Assembly (NCBI GenBank): GCA_963787255.1
Contig: CAWBCJ010000029.1
Coordinates: 384,001-448,000, forward strand
Origin: Methanobacteriota archaeon
GTDB lineage: Archaea > Methanobacteriota > Methanobacteria > Methanobacteriales > Methanobacteriaceae
DNA: 64,000 nt
Direction of reading: 5' to 3'
The translations under genes and the position numbers were made by a program. Of the stretch, positions 22,380 through 32,303 are shown piece by piece. Each line of letters opens with the position of its first letter. The first letter of the stretch is position 1. Under the pieces are notes generated by a model. That model worked only from the letters and a program-made list of their open reading frames with translations, did not search any database and had not been told where the DNA came from.

Positions 22380-23012
22380 TTAAACTATTTTAAAATACAG
22401 AAGATCATCTTTCCCTATAATTTTAATTATTTTTCCTGCTGTATACTCTAAAGGAATTTCCAAGCCGTTATCTGCATTAATATATCTACATCCATCTTTA
22501 TGAAATGTTTTGGAAACTTTTAAAATATTAAAAGGAATATATCCTGCTAATTTAGCTTTTGAAAACCAGTATGTAGATATTGGGCAGATTTCAGGCCACA
22601 AAATCAAATCACCTTTTTTAACAGATTCCGGATTTTCCTTAACCAATAAAAGATCTCCTTTTTTAGCAAAAGGTTTTATATTATCTTTTAACTTTAAAAC
22701 AAGTGTTTTATGATATTTAAGATTTTGAGAATGTTTTTTTATGACCTTTGCTAAATATCGGGTAGTTATAGATTCTAAATTTGTGTCTGATTCGCCTTTT
22801 GAAAGCAAATGTTCATGTATCCCCCTTTCAAAAGCTCCTGTAAGCCTTATCCAGGCGTCAACGTTTCTGCATGAGGTTGATTTACTTGTAGAACGCATTG
22901 GACATTTCCAGCAGTATTCATTCTTTAAGATTTCCTGTATTTTTGCATAATGGTCCCTTGAAACCCTGCTGAATTCCTCTAAAGCCTCAGATAGTTCTCC
23001 CATAAAGATCAC
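22380..23012 (-). CDS. hypothetical protein: N-terminal Cys cluster + S24/S26-peptidase-like beta domain
   Basis: YCWKCPMR...SC; KPFAKKGDLLLV..VKKGDLIL; ends AGKIIKII. Confidence 0.55.
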   Translation of the reverse strand: MIFMGELSEALEEFSRVSRDHYAKIQEILKNEYCWKCPMRSTSKSTSCRNVDAWIRLTGAFERGIHEHLLSKGESDTNLESITTRYLAKVIKKHSQNLKYHKTLVLKLKDNIKPFAKKGDLLLVKENPESVKKGDLILWPEICPISTYWFSKAKLAGYIPFNILKVSKTFHKDGCRYINADNGLEIPLEYTAGKIIKIIGKDDLLYFKIV

Positions 23013-23264
23013 ATGATAAAATTCTAATTGTTTATTTGTTACTCTTTAACCTAATTATTTTTAAAGGATCATTGCTTCAAATATTAAATAAATAATTGCT
23101 CATATTTCTATAATTTGCAAATGATCTTATTATACTTAAAATTGCAGTATTGATTAATTAAAATGAAATTGTGAATTTTTATGAACCCTTAATTTACTTA
23201 AACTTAAATAATTGTGAATCAAATTCCATTATGAGTGTAAAAAGTTACAAAGGCGGATTGAAAA

Positions 23265-23675
23265 ATGATTCAAAATACTGGCCTGGAGATAACAGCAAAA
23301 CTTGAGAGGTTATCATTACTATCGAATTTTATAGGGAATTCAATGGTTAAATTTGGTTTAAGTGAATACCAGCAATTTCAAGTGCAAATTGCTGTTGAAG
23401 AAGCTGTTACAAATTTGATAAAACACGGTACTCTGAAAGAAAACGATAAAATCAGTGTAAAATGTCAAAAAATGGATAATGAAATTGTAATTGTAATTGA
23501 ATACCATGGAAAGCCGTTTAACCCTACAAATGTTGAAAGACCAGATTTAAGCACTTTGTCTTTAAAACCTGATTCTGGCGGTTTAAGGGTTTATTTTATT
23601 AAAAAATACATGAATAAGGTTAATTATGGATTTAATGGTGGAATGAATGTATTAACCTTAATTAAATATATTTAA
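23265..23675 (+). CDS. RsbW/SpoIIAB-like HATPase (anti-sigma kinase family), degenerate
   Basis: AVEEAVTNLIKHG N-box, GKPFNP, GGL..YFIKKYM, GMNVLTL. Confidence 0.8.
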   Translation: MIQNTGLEITAKLERLSLLSNFIGNSMVKFGLSEYQQFQVQIAVEEAVTNLIKHGTLKENDKISVKCQKMDNEIVIVIEYHGKPFNPTNVERPDLSTLSLKPDSGGLRVYFIKKYMNKVNYGFNGGMNVLTLIKYI

Positions 23676-23707
23676 TTAGCTTTTAAAAATTATTTTTAGT
23701 TTAGAAC

Positions 23708-24688
23708 TTATTTTTTGGGCTTTAATTCATTTATAAGTCCAGATTTACGCGCATAATGGAATAAATACAGCTGTGTATATCCTGCGTAATTCCCAAACTT
23801 TTTTATCCCAAAAGATCTCATTTTAGGATTTGAAACGTTTTTTGAGTTGAAATAAAGTTTAGAAACGATCCTGCTAATCCATATGTCCACTGGAAAGGCC
23901 TTTCCAAACCCATAACCGTAAAAGAGAATACAGTCACCTACTTTTGGCCCCACTCCTGGAATCTTTAAAATAGTGTCGAAAGCAGCTTCGTAATTCATAT
24001 TTCTGATTTGATTTAAATTAATTTCATCTTGAACCATCTGCGCTGCCTGAATTATGTACTTAGCCCTGTAACCAACACGGCAGCTTCTAAGATCTTTCCA
24101 GGTATGTTTGCTTTTAAGAAGCTCTGGATTGCATTCTTCTTCGTCAAATTCGCTTTCAGGGGCGTTTCCAAGCACTTCTGGAAGGGGAAAGGTGTAAAAT
24201 GTTTCACCATCAAATTCGTATTTATTTCCCCATTTTTCCTTTAAAAGGCGAATGGCTTTATTCCATTGCCTGATGGAGTTATGGGCTGATGTTATGGAAC
24301 AAATAACTGATTCAAAAATATTATTGGCTTTAAAAAGACGTAATCCTCTGCAAAAATCAATTGTGGGCTCAAGATTGGGATCTTTTTTTAAAAAATCGTA
24401 TAGTTTTGTAAGATCATCATTTAATCCAAATATTTCCATTATTTCATATTTAATAAGCTGTTTATCTATTTTTTCTTGGTATTCAGCAATAATGTCAATT
24501 GGTTTATCTGAATTAGATTTATGGGCGATTTTAATTAAACAGGGCTTATTATCTATCCTTATTAACTCCTGAAAATATTTATCATTCTTCTCCCAGGCAG
24601 GTTGAGAAGTTTGACCACTATTAATAGTTAAATTAAGGTCAAAGGGGCCTTTGTATTCATGTGATTCAATTGTAAATCGTGTCTTCAT
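23708..24688 (-). CDS. ogg: 8-oxoguanine DNA glycosylase (OGG1-like HhH-GPD)
   Basis: TINSGQ, GLRL, GYRAKYI, IPGVGPKVGDC, FPVDIWI, YAGYTQLYLF. Confidence 0.9.
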   Translation of the reverse strand: MKTRFTIESHEYKGPFDLNLTINSGQTSQPAWEKNDKYFQELIRIDNKPCLIKIAHKSNSDKPIDIIAEYQEKIDKQLIKYEIMEIFGLNDDLTKLYDFLKKDPNLEPTIDFCRGLRLFKANNIFESVICSITSAHNSIRQWNKAIRLLKEKWGNKYEFDGETFYTFPLPEVLGNAPESEFDEEECNPELLKSKHTWKDLRSCRVGYRAKYIIQAAQMVQDEINLNQIRNMNYEAAFDTILKIPGVGPKVGDCILFYGYGFGKAFPVDIWISRIVSKLYFNSKNVSNPKMRSFGIKKFGNYAGYTQLYLFHYARKSGLINELKPKK

Positions 24689-25012
24689 AATTCGTTATTA
24701 TTTATTTGGCTTCTAAATTACAATAAATTTTCTATAGTGATATAAAAAATAGATATTAGTATTAAAAAATATAAAATTAGTACTATGATGTTTTTACAAC
24801 TGGTAATTAGTCTATAAGCCATAGTTTTCTGGATTATGGGACTTTTCATTGGAATGTTACTGCAAATATTACGGGTATGGACATTCAGAAAATGACAATA
24901 ATATTTGGGGGAATAGGAGTTATGAGTGGAGTTATAATTGGACATAAAATAGTAAATCGAGCAATATATGGTCCAAATAGGGTTTGATAATTTTTATGGG
25001 GTTTTTGATAAA

Positions 25013-25939
25013 TTAGCTGAAAACAGCGCCCAAAAAGTCAAATGCAAGCCTTGCGGCAACCTGGGAAGTTATATCTGCTGGATCAAAAAGAGGATTAACT
25101 TCAACAAGATCAAAACCGATAATATTATGTTTTTTTGGTAATGCTGTAATTAATTCTCTCATTTGGAGATAACTTAGACCTCCAGGCTCTGGAGTGCCCG
25201 TTCCCGGGGCTATTGAAGGATCAAGGACATCAATATCCAGAGTTACATATATATTGTCAGATGAGGGGATCTGGTCTAAAATCAAGCCTGTTCCATTTTT
25301 TAAAACTTCTTCGGCCGTTATTATTTGTGAACCGTATTTTACTGATTCTTCATAATTTGATTCACTGTCAGTAAATCCCCGAATGCCAATCTGGGTGATA
25401 TTATCTACATTTTCAAGCTCGGAAGCACGTTTAATAGGGTTTGAGTGTGAAAATTTCACATTAGCCACATTGTCTAAGAAATCAAGATGAGTATCGAAAT
25501 GGACAATGTCCAGGGGAACCTCGAATGCGTCAATTATGGGGAAAGTAATTGAGTGATCACCACCGAAAGCTACAGGAAAAACATCCTTATCTATAATATT
25601 TTTAAAGGTATCATGAATCATGCCCATGTTTGACCTCGTATGTGTAGGTAAGATAGGCACGTCACCGTAATCTATGAAGTTTACTCCTTGAAGAACGTGT
25701 TTTCGATGTTCCAGATCAAAGGCGCCTTTTTCCAAATGAAAGTAAATGCCATAATTTTGCGAGGCCATACGGATTGCACGAGGCCCATAGCGTGTTCCAG
25801 GCCTATTTGTAGTGCCCTGATCAAAGGGAACGCCTACAAATGCAGCATCCACGTTCCCCAATTCTTTTGTATGCTTGAATTTATAAAATGTTGGAACACC
25901 CAAATAGGGAAATCTGTCTTCTATGTCATGTAAACTCAG
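25013..25939 (-). CDS. speB: agmatinase (ureohydrolase family); probable start is CTG at 25939
   Basis: GVPFD, RPGTRYGP, GGDHS, DTHLD, DIDVLDPSIAPGTGTPEPGG, EVNP. Confidence 0.85.
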   Translation of the reverse strand: MSLHDIEDRFPYLGVPTFYKFKHTKELGNVDAAFVGVPFDQGTTNRPGTRYGPRAIRMASQNYGIYFHLEKGAFDLEHRKHVLQGVNFIDYGDVPILPTHTRSNMGMIHDTFKNIIDKDVFPVAFGGDHSITFPIIDAFEVPLDIVHFDTHLDFLDNVANVKFSHSNPIKRASELENVDNITQIGIRGFTDSESNYEESVKYGSQIITAEEVLKNGTGLILDQIPSSDNIYVTLDIDVLDPSIAPGTGTPEPGGLSYLQMRELITALPKKHNIIGFDLVEVNPLFDPADITSQVAARLAFDFLGAVFS

Positions 25940-26264
25940 ATTAAATCCTCCAAACCATTAAATTCACTGCCCAATATAAAATAATCCCTCTCTTTTACTT
26001 TAAATCAATAAAAATCTGTTTTTTTGTGCAATGTAAACTCAATAAGTTATCCAAATTGATTAAAAAATACAAATGTCGGTAAAAATAATAAAAAGCTAAA
26101 AAAGAAATAAGTTTATTCATGGTGATGATGTTTATGATTTTAAACTTTTCTAACACTAATTTCTAAAAAATCGCCTTATTTAATGTCGGCAACTTATAAA
26201 CCCTATTTTTTTTTAAATGAATTAACTTTTTTTGGTTTTATGCTTAAAAAAACGAGATTAAAAG

Positions 26265-26858
26265 TTATTTTAAAATTTCCATGAACCTGACGCCTTTATC
26301 CTTGATTGAATACCTATCGCCTTCACTTGTAATTAAATCTGAATTTTCCAACTCGTGCAGATATTGATTAATGGTTAATTTTGAATATCTGCCGTTTCTT
26401 CCCCCTTCAGATATGCTTAAATGGTTTACTACGTCGTCAGGGTTGGAATTTTCATGATCTTTTATATATTCCATTATCTTTTTCTTTGTATGTGTAAATG
26501 CATGGGCAGTGTTTATTGGAAGAGAAATCAGCTTATTATTATCGAAAACATAGAATGGAATATTTTTTTGAACTTGTCCTAGATAATAGGTCACATAAAT
26601 ATCCAGCTCATTCTCGCCGGCAATAAAAATTGGATCTACGGCAGCATCAAAGGCACATTTAATATCTCCCAAAATATCAAAGAAATCTCCTTCTAAAAAT
26701 TTGATGCTGTAACCTTCCCTTTCGACATTTGTAAGGCCATAAATATCTCCTTTTGATAGAATTATAACTTCTAATGCTTCAATTCCCTTCTTCTCAAGTA
26801 TAAAATGAATATCTTCAGGATCTTTAATTGTGGTTAATACAGTAGTCATGAAAAACAC
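26265..26858 (-). CDS. putative CARF-like (Csa3-type) + winged-helix transcriptional regulator
   Basis: TTVLTTI, EVIILS, GDFFDILGDI, DPIFIAG, FYVFDNNKLISLP; wHTH KKKIMEYI..SKLTINQYLHELENSDLI..YSIKDKG. Confidence 0.6.
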   Translation of the reverse strand: MFFMTTVLTTIKDPEDIHFILEKKGIEALEVIILSKGDIYGLTNVEREGYSIKFLEGDFFDILGDIKCAFDAAVDPIFIAGENELDIYVTYYLGQVQKNIPFYVFDNNKLISLPINTAHAFTHTKKKIMEYIKDHENSNPDDVVNHLSISEGGRNGRYSKLTINQYLHELENSDLITSEGDRYSIKDKGVRFMEILK

Positions 26859-27225
26859 CTCATAGAGTAATTATATGTTGATAAGTAATAATAAATTTAT
26901 ACTTTTCATTACTAAAAATGAATATTGAATACTATTTAAAAAAAATAGATAGAATCAAATAAATAAAAAAAATTATTGTGGTGCATCTAATCTGTATTCC
27001 ATACTTCTTTAGACATATTCACAATTAATATAGCCCTAATATTTATTGGATTAACCTTCCAGGCTATTCATCTAATATTAAGATTTTAGAGTTAATTTTG
27101 TCCAAGAGACCGTTTATAAACTCTGCAGTTTTTTGATTGATGCTGTTTCATCAACCACTTTAACCCTATCATCTATTTGGAATACGTTGCTATTATTTAG
27201 AGCAATTTCTTTTCGTTTTTTGGAA

Positions 27226-27789
27226 TCATTGATTTAGCATATCTGCTAAACCACGAGCCCATGCCCGTATTTCATCCCAGTTTCTGTAATCATGGCGTTT
27301 GTCCGTATCTTTTCCCTGCTTTTCTAATTCTTTTTTAATTTTGAACCTAGTAGTTACTTCGTAAAGTAGTCCGTGCTTTGCATTAGGATCGTAAACACTT
27401 CCAAAAAGTCCTGTGGCAACAGGTTCATTTTGAAGATATTTCTCTGCCACTTCATCAAGATATTTCTCTTGTCCTTCATCAATGGTTTTTGGATCGTTTG
27501 CAGCTCCACAAGTGACAAATAAGGCCAATTTTTGGTATTTTAAAGCTGATTTATTGTTTTTCAAAAATTTAAGCGATCCTTTAGTCCATTTACCTATTTT
27601 AATACCACTCCCCACAACCACGAGGTCGTAAGGGGAAACATCACAATCTTTAAGGCCCCTGGAATCTACTAGATTTACTTCTACTCCTTCATCTTCAATA
27701 ACTTTTCCTATTTCTTCTGCAATTTCAGCAGCTGTGCCGTATCTTGATCCATAAACGATTAATGCTTTCATTTTGTATGCTCCTAACAA
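27226..27789 (-). CDS. flavodoxin-domain protein (HemG-like)
   Basis: LIVYGSRYGTAAEIA, VVGSGIKIGKW, DYRNWDEIRAWA. Confidence 0.88.
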   Translation of the reverse strand: MLGAYKMKALIVYGSRYGTAAEIAEEIGKVIEDEGVEVNLVDSRGLKDCDVSPYDLVVVGSGIKIGKWTKGSLKFLKNNKSALKYQKLALFVTCGAANDPKTIDEGQEKYLDEVAEKYLQNEPVATGLFGSVYDPNAKHGLLYEVTTRFKIKKELEKQGKDTDKRHDYRNWDEIRAWARGLADMLNQ

Positions 27790-27846
27790 TTATCTCCCAT
27801 TTTTTGGTTTTATTACCAACTAAGTTCTTAATTATAATAAAATATC

Positions 27847-28356
27847 TTATTTTTGGGTTTTATCTAATTTTGACTTTTTAGCTTCTTGATATAATGTTCC
27901 AGATATTTTTTCCATTTTAATCATAATTTCAAATAAAGATTTTACTTCACCATCTTCTAGACCTTCAAATAGGGCTGCTATTGATTTAAGATCCTCCGGA
28001 GATCTTTTTTCCCAATAGTCGCGGCTTTCATCGGTAGTTCTCAACCTTAATATGCGCCGGTTATCAGGGTCCCGCTCTATTTTAAGGAAACCTCTGTCTT
28101 CTAGGCGAATAGCCAGCTGTTTGACGTTTTGATGAGTGGTGCTCAACGCATCAGCCACTTCTTGCATGGAAGGGTCATGATTGAAGGCATTTTCTATAAC
28201 AATCATCATCAACCATTGTTTAGTGGTTATTTGATCTTTTTCAAGTTTTTTATTGATGTAATAGCCCCAACGTTGCTGAACTAGAAATAAAAATACCAAT
28301 ATGTATTGTTCCATTTCTATCCTTTCTGGATGTTCTTTTAAATTTGAATTTGTCAT
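27847..28356 (-). CDS. MarR family transcriptional regulator
   Basis: ITTKQW, EVADALSTTHQNVKQLAIRLEDRGF, DPDNRRILRL. Confidence 0.9.
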   Translation of the reverse strand: MTNSNLKEHPERIEMEQYILVFLFLVQQRWGYYINKKLEKDQITTKQWLMMIVIENAFNHDPSMQEVADALSTTHQNVKQLAIRLEDRGFLKIERDPDNRRILRLRTTDESRDYWEKRSPEDLKSIAALFEGLEDGEVKSLFEIMIKMEKISGTLYQEAKKSKLDKTQK

Positions 28357-28359
28357 TTT

Positions 28360-29217
28360 TCAGCTCACTACTCCTTTTGATTTAAACTCTGAGCCATCCT
28401 TTACCTGATCTACTGTTCCTTCGATTTTTTTGTAGAAAGCTATTGAAATTATGACTCCTGCAACTGTCACAATTACAAAGAACATGATTTGTTCCAATGC
28501 GGGACTTACACCGTTTTGTGCCATGAAGAATATCATGGAAAGTATAGCAGTTCCCAGGAGGGTTGCCTTTACGAGCAGTATTGAAACGAGAGCATATCCC
28601 CATTCTTTCCCTTTTAGGATCAATACACCTGCAATCAAGGTAGCAGGGAAAATTATTCCAATATCCATGGCTTGAATCACCAGTGTAGTATAAGTTTCCA
28701 TTGCAACAGGGCCATTTCCGGTTAATAATGAATCAATTATCATTTTAAGCCACATTAATGCCAGCATAGTTCCTGAGGCGATTAAGAATACGCCTGCTAG
28801 CTTAATGGTAATTCCAGGGGAAATACTTTTCTCGATGGGTTTCGCGTCAAGCGATAGCATTCCATACATGAAAGTGTACAGAGATAGTGAGAATAGGACC
28901 ACATAGACTAGAAAAAGCTGATTGTACGACGTTGTAAAAGACATGGATGCATAGGAATAAAGGAAGTAAAATATAGTTCCCATCCAGATCAAATTGCCTC
29001 TTAAAGAATCTCTGGAGACTAAATACAGTGATACCAGTAGTATAGGGATACCTACTAAAAGTGTGACCAGATCTTGACCCATCATTTGGGCTGTTATAGA
29101 AATTGTATCGTGTTTATAAAGTCCTTTCCAGAATAATCCGGATAAAGTGGCAATTAATGCCAGAACGGCAATAGTAATTGAATTTATGTATATTATTTTT
29201 TTGTCCATTTTTTTCAA
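28360..29217 (-). CDS. multi-pass membrane protein, unknown function
   Basis: About 8 hydrophobic helices; GQDLVTL, YSYAS motifs; first gene of the membrane-marR-flavodoxin unit. Confidence 0.8.
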   Translation of the reverse strand: MKKMDKKIIYINSITIAVLALIATLSGLFWKGLYKHDTISITAQMMGQDLVTLLVGIPILLVSLYLVSRDSLRGNLIWMGTIFYFLYSYASMSFTTSYNQLFLVYVVLFSLSLYTFMYGMLSLDAKPIEKSISPGITIKLAGVFLIASGTMLALMWLKMIIDSLLTGNGPVAMETYTTLVIQAMDIGIIFPATLIAGVLILKGKEWGYALVSILLVKATLLGTAILSMIFFMAQNGVSPALEQIMFFVIVTVAGVIISIAFYKKIEGTVDQVKDGSEFKSKGVVS

Positions 29218-29222
29218 CTCAC

Positions 29223-29264
29223 AATAGGTAATATATTACTTATTCAGGTAATATATTACCTATT
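29223..29264. promoter_or_regulatory. tandem palindromic operator (probable MarR site)
   Basis: AGGTAATATATTACTT (29226-29241) and perfect palindrome AGGTAATATATTACCT (29246-29261), 20 bp apart, between the minus-strand TATA (TTTATAA, about 29267-29273) and the start codon. Confidence 0.8.
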
Positions 29265-29313
29265 ACTTATAAACTTTACTACTGGAAATCTTAACATTAA
29301 AATCCCTATTTAA

Positions 29314-29469
29314 AACTCTGGCAACAAAAAAAATGCTACTTTCAAAATCTTCCCCAAGCTGAACCACCTGTTCATTGCTGGAGAGGGTAAATCAAACCCG
29401 CAGGAATATTTAATTGAAGGACATGTAGAAGAAGATGTGATAGATTTTATCGTCCAATGGATAATGTAA
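29314..29469 (+). pseudogene. 3' fragment of an alpha/beta-hydrolase gene
   Basis: Start-less frame NATFKIFPKLNHLFIAGEGKSNPQEYLIEGHVEEDVIDFIVQWIM* matches the catalytic-His C-terminus of bacterial-type esterases. Confidence 0.65.
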
Positions 29470-29749
29470 ATATGATCGGGAGTATAGCTGGCTACAGATG
29501 TTTTGCTTACAGGTTTAGCGGTCATGATTTAAGGATTATATTATTATATGAGGCGTTTATGATTTTGAATTGAATACATAAAATGAGTATTTACTTAAAC
29601 CAGGATTTAACAAAAATTAGTCCTTATTTACCTAGATAAAAAAATTAAAAAGAAAAAGAATTATTATGTTCTTTTTGAATCATAATTTCATTTTTTAATA
29701 GGCTGGTATTAACACGTTTAATGTTTGTTTCCTACAATTGTATAGCATT

Positions 29750-30379
29750 TTACTGTTTTGGTTCTACTGGTATTGATCCATTCAGATAACCGCCCAATGC
29801 GATTATACCAAGAATTACAGGATAAACAATTAGTCTTTCAGCTCCGCCCTCACCTAAGGCCATAAAGGGACTTGCATCCTGTAGAATGATTACGGACAGA
29901 ATATCTATAAATGCAATTGCACCAAGTACAGGAATGACATATTTAAGCCATGAATCTCTTAAAATTGTGAAAGATGCCAATACTGCTAAACTTCCAAAGG
30001 TAAATGAAGTCAATGAAAAGATAACATGCATATTTCCAGTGTATCCTGGAAATATTCCAACTCCAATGGCTCCAATTCCAAGAATACCTAATAATACTGG
30101 GAAAATCTTGCCCTCAAAACTTTTAAAGATTAAATATGATGATATAAGGACAAGTAATCCTGCTATAAAGACTGTTGCATTAAAAATTGTTGCTGAAGGT
30201 TCATATATAGGTAAATCAGCAAGAGAACTGAGTGTATATATTGCAGTATTATAACCCGGATAAAGTGTTTCAGATATAGATACCATTAGCATGAATTGAA
30301 TACCTGCAATAACCATCAGTAATCCAGCTATTTTCTGGTAAAGAATGCTTTGTGATTTTATTTTATTTTCAGATTTCAT
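29750..30379 (-). CDS. DUF998 family membrane protein
   Basis: SETLYPGY..TLSSL, GVGIFP..H, LGEGGAERLIVYP. Confidence 0.8.
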   Translation of the reverse strand: MKSENKIKSQSILYQKIAGLLMVIAGIQFMLMVSISETLYPGYNTAIYTLSSLADLPIYEPSATIFNATVFIAGLLVLISSYLIFKSFEGKIFPVLLGILGIGAIGVGIFPGYTGNMHVIFSLTSFTFGSLAVLASFTILRDSWLKYVIPVLGAIAFIDILSVIILQDASPFMALGEGGAERLIVYPVILGIIALGGYLNGSIPVEPKQ

Positions 30380-30548
30380 TTTATAATCCTCTATTTTTAT
30401 TTATAATTTAAAGTATCTAATTTAGATAAAAATTTAAAAAAAACAGTAATAACGAGTATTAGCATAAGTAGATCAATTAATTTTCATTAAATAATTTTTT
30501 TTAGATATATTTAACCAATAGAATGCTAACAAAACCCATTTAAACCAT

Positions 30549-31238
30549 CTAAAAGCTATAAAATCCTCTTACCAGGAAGAATATACCTAGTAAAAAGTAA
30601 ACTATGCTGGTTAAATAATCGCCATACATTGGGATCCAGCTGCGGAACCGATCAAGGGTGTCTTCTGCAGTGCTAGGAGATAGAATGTAAAAAATAAAAG
30701 GTATTTCAACAACAAGAAGTGAAATAAAACCAAGAGTAATAATGATTATAGCTGAATTGGCAGATCCTGGATTTGAAAGGCCGATAATAACCCCGGCCAT
30801 AGTTATAAGGATTGCAGTAGTGAAACTGGCGAAAAGAGTGATTATTCCAAAATAGAAGAACTTTAGAAAGATTGAAAGATTATTATTCTCTGGCAGTGCT
30901 CCTATAAAACCAAGTAGCCCCCCTTCACGAGCTTCTTCACGAACAAAGAGAGTTTTTAATGCTATTATGACCAAAATACTCCCTAAAACAATCTCTATTA
31001 GTCCACCAACAGTTATTGGCCCCAAAATCGTTGGAGAAAGTGTGCTACCCGTAAAAAGGCCGAAAAATACCAGAACAAGAAAAATGATAATTGTACCAAA
31101 TAAATAAGCAAATGCAGATAAACGAGGACTTCGGGTAGGAGATATAGTGTCCAGTAATGTGGCTAAAAGTAAGGGACTAAATAATGCACCTATGGCATAG
31201 GGAAGTATGCTTGCGAGGATTGATGATAATTCTGACAT
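30549..31238 (-). CDS. GAP (Gap/Sap, LysE-superfamily) membrane protein
   Basis: LPYAIGALFSP, PRLSAFAYLFG, VEIPFIFY..P..A...L. Confidence 0.75.
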   Translation of the reverse strand: MSELSSILASILPYAIGALFSPLLLATLLDTISPTRSPRLSAFAYLFGTIIIFLVLVFFGLFTGSTLSPTILGPITVGGLIEIVLGSILVIIALKTLFVREEAREGGLLGFIGALPENNNLSIFLKFFYFGIITLFASFTTAILITMAGVIIGLSNPGSANSAIIIITLGFISLLVVEIPFIFYILSPSTAEDTLDRFRSWIPMYGDYLTSIVYFLLGIFFLVRGFYSF

Positions 31239-31519
31239 AGGTTAATTTATGTCACTTAGTAATAATATATTTGTATGTTTTATTACGATGAATTCATAGA
31301 CACTCTAAAATAAATAACTTATAATATAAATTCTTCTTTTAAAGATGATAACCGATGATGAACTATAGACAAAACTTTAAGGTTACAAATTAATGATTTT
31401 GTAAATAAAATTGCTTTAGATATTACTAATTTTGTATATAAAAAAAATCAAAATATCCAAAAGATAAAATAACTTGATTTATATCATAAAAAATTCGAAT
31501 AAGCGCATTAAATTCACTC

Positions 31520-32125
31520 CTAACTCCTGCTCACAAACCCATTCCCCTTCAACAGAAATCTCCATGGTTTGTCCTTATATTCTTCCGCATAATCAATGTG
31601 AATCCTTTTTGTAGCCATAATTACCTCATCACTTCTTAAACCATTTCCCGGGGTAATAAAAAGCTCATCTCCACTTAAATCAATCCCATTAAGTGAAGTA
31701 TCAATATCCATGGCCTGACAGAGTTTTGAAGGTCCATTTGTCAAATTTTTAAACCTACTTTTCCTAGAAATATCGATCTTCCGGCGTCGGATCATTAATT
31801 CCACACCTTCAACTGGTTCCACAGCTCTGATAAGCACTGCCTGGGGCATATCTTCTTTCTGCGTTACCACATTAATGCAGTAATTATAGCCGTGTAGCTG
31901 ATAAATATAGGCAAATCCCCCTGTTTTGTAAAGTGGATCCATCCGTGGAGTGTGCCGACCTTTATATGAATGAGCACCTTTATCTTCTGGACCCATATAT
32001 GCTTCTGTTTCTACAATTCTACCTTTAATTGTCCCTTCTGAAGTTATATGGGCCAAAACACATCCTAAGAGTTCTCTGGCCACAGTTAATGTGTCTCTCT
32101 CATAAAATGATCTTTCAAGTTTCAT
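31520..32125 (-). CDS. mpg: 3-methyladenine DNA glycosylase (MPG/AAG family)
   Basis: VARELLG, RIVETEAY, AVLIRAVEP, NGPSKLCQA, PWRF. Confidence 0.93.
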   Translation of the reverse strand: MKLERSFYERDTLTVARELLGCVLAHITSEGTIKGRIVETEAYMGPEDKGAHSYKGRHTPRMDPLYKTGGFAYIYQLHGYNYCINVVTQKEDMPQAVLIRAVEPVEGVELMIRRRKIDISRKSRFKNLTNGPSKLCQAMDIDTSLNGIDLSGDELFITPGNGLRSDEVIMATKRIHIDYAEEYKDKPWRFLLKGNGFVSRS

Positions 32126-32303
32126 GAAGGTACTATCTCTAGATTATTCATCAAATTAATTATCTCTTGATTTAATTCATCAAATTTGAAATTAGATATA
32201 ATATTATTCAGTTTTATTCAATTTAGAATTTTCTAAATAAATTGAAAAGAACTATGAAAAAAAATGATAAATGCAATGTTTTAAATAAATACAAAATGGT
32301 TTT

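Noticed and set aside
23375-23387. ATTTCAAGTGCAA, one mismatch from the mini-ORB
   Set aside because: Single copy inside a coding sequence without the tail; compatible with chance
24718-24990. 75-aa minus ORF, or fragmentary hydrophobic plus-strand frames
   Set aside because: No recognisable family; possibly a decayed membrane gene, but not supportable by eye
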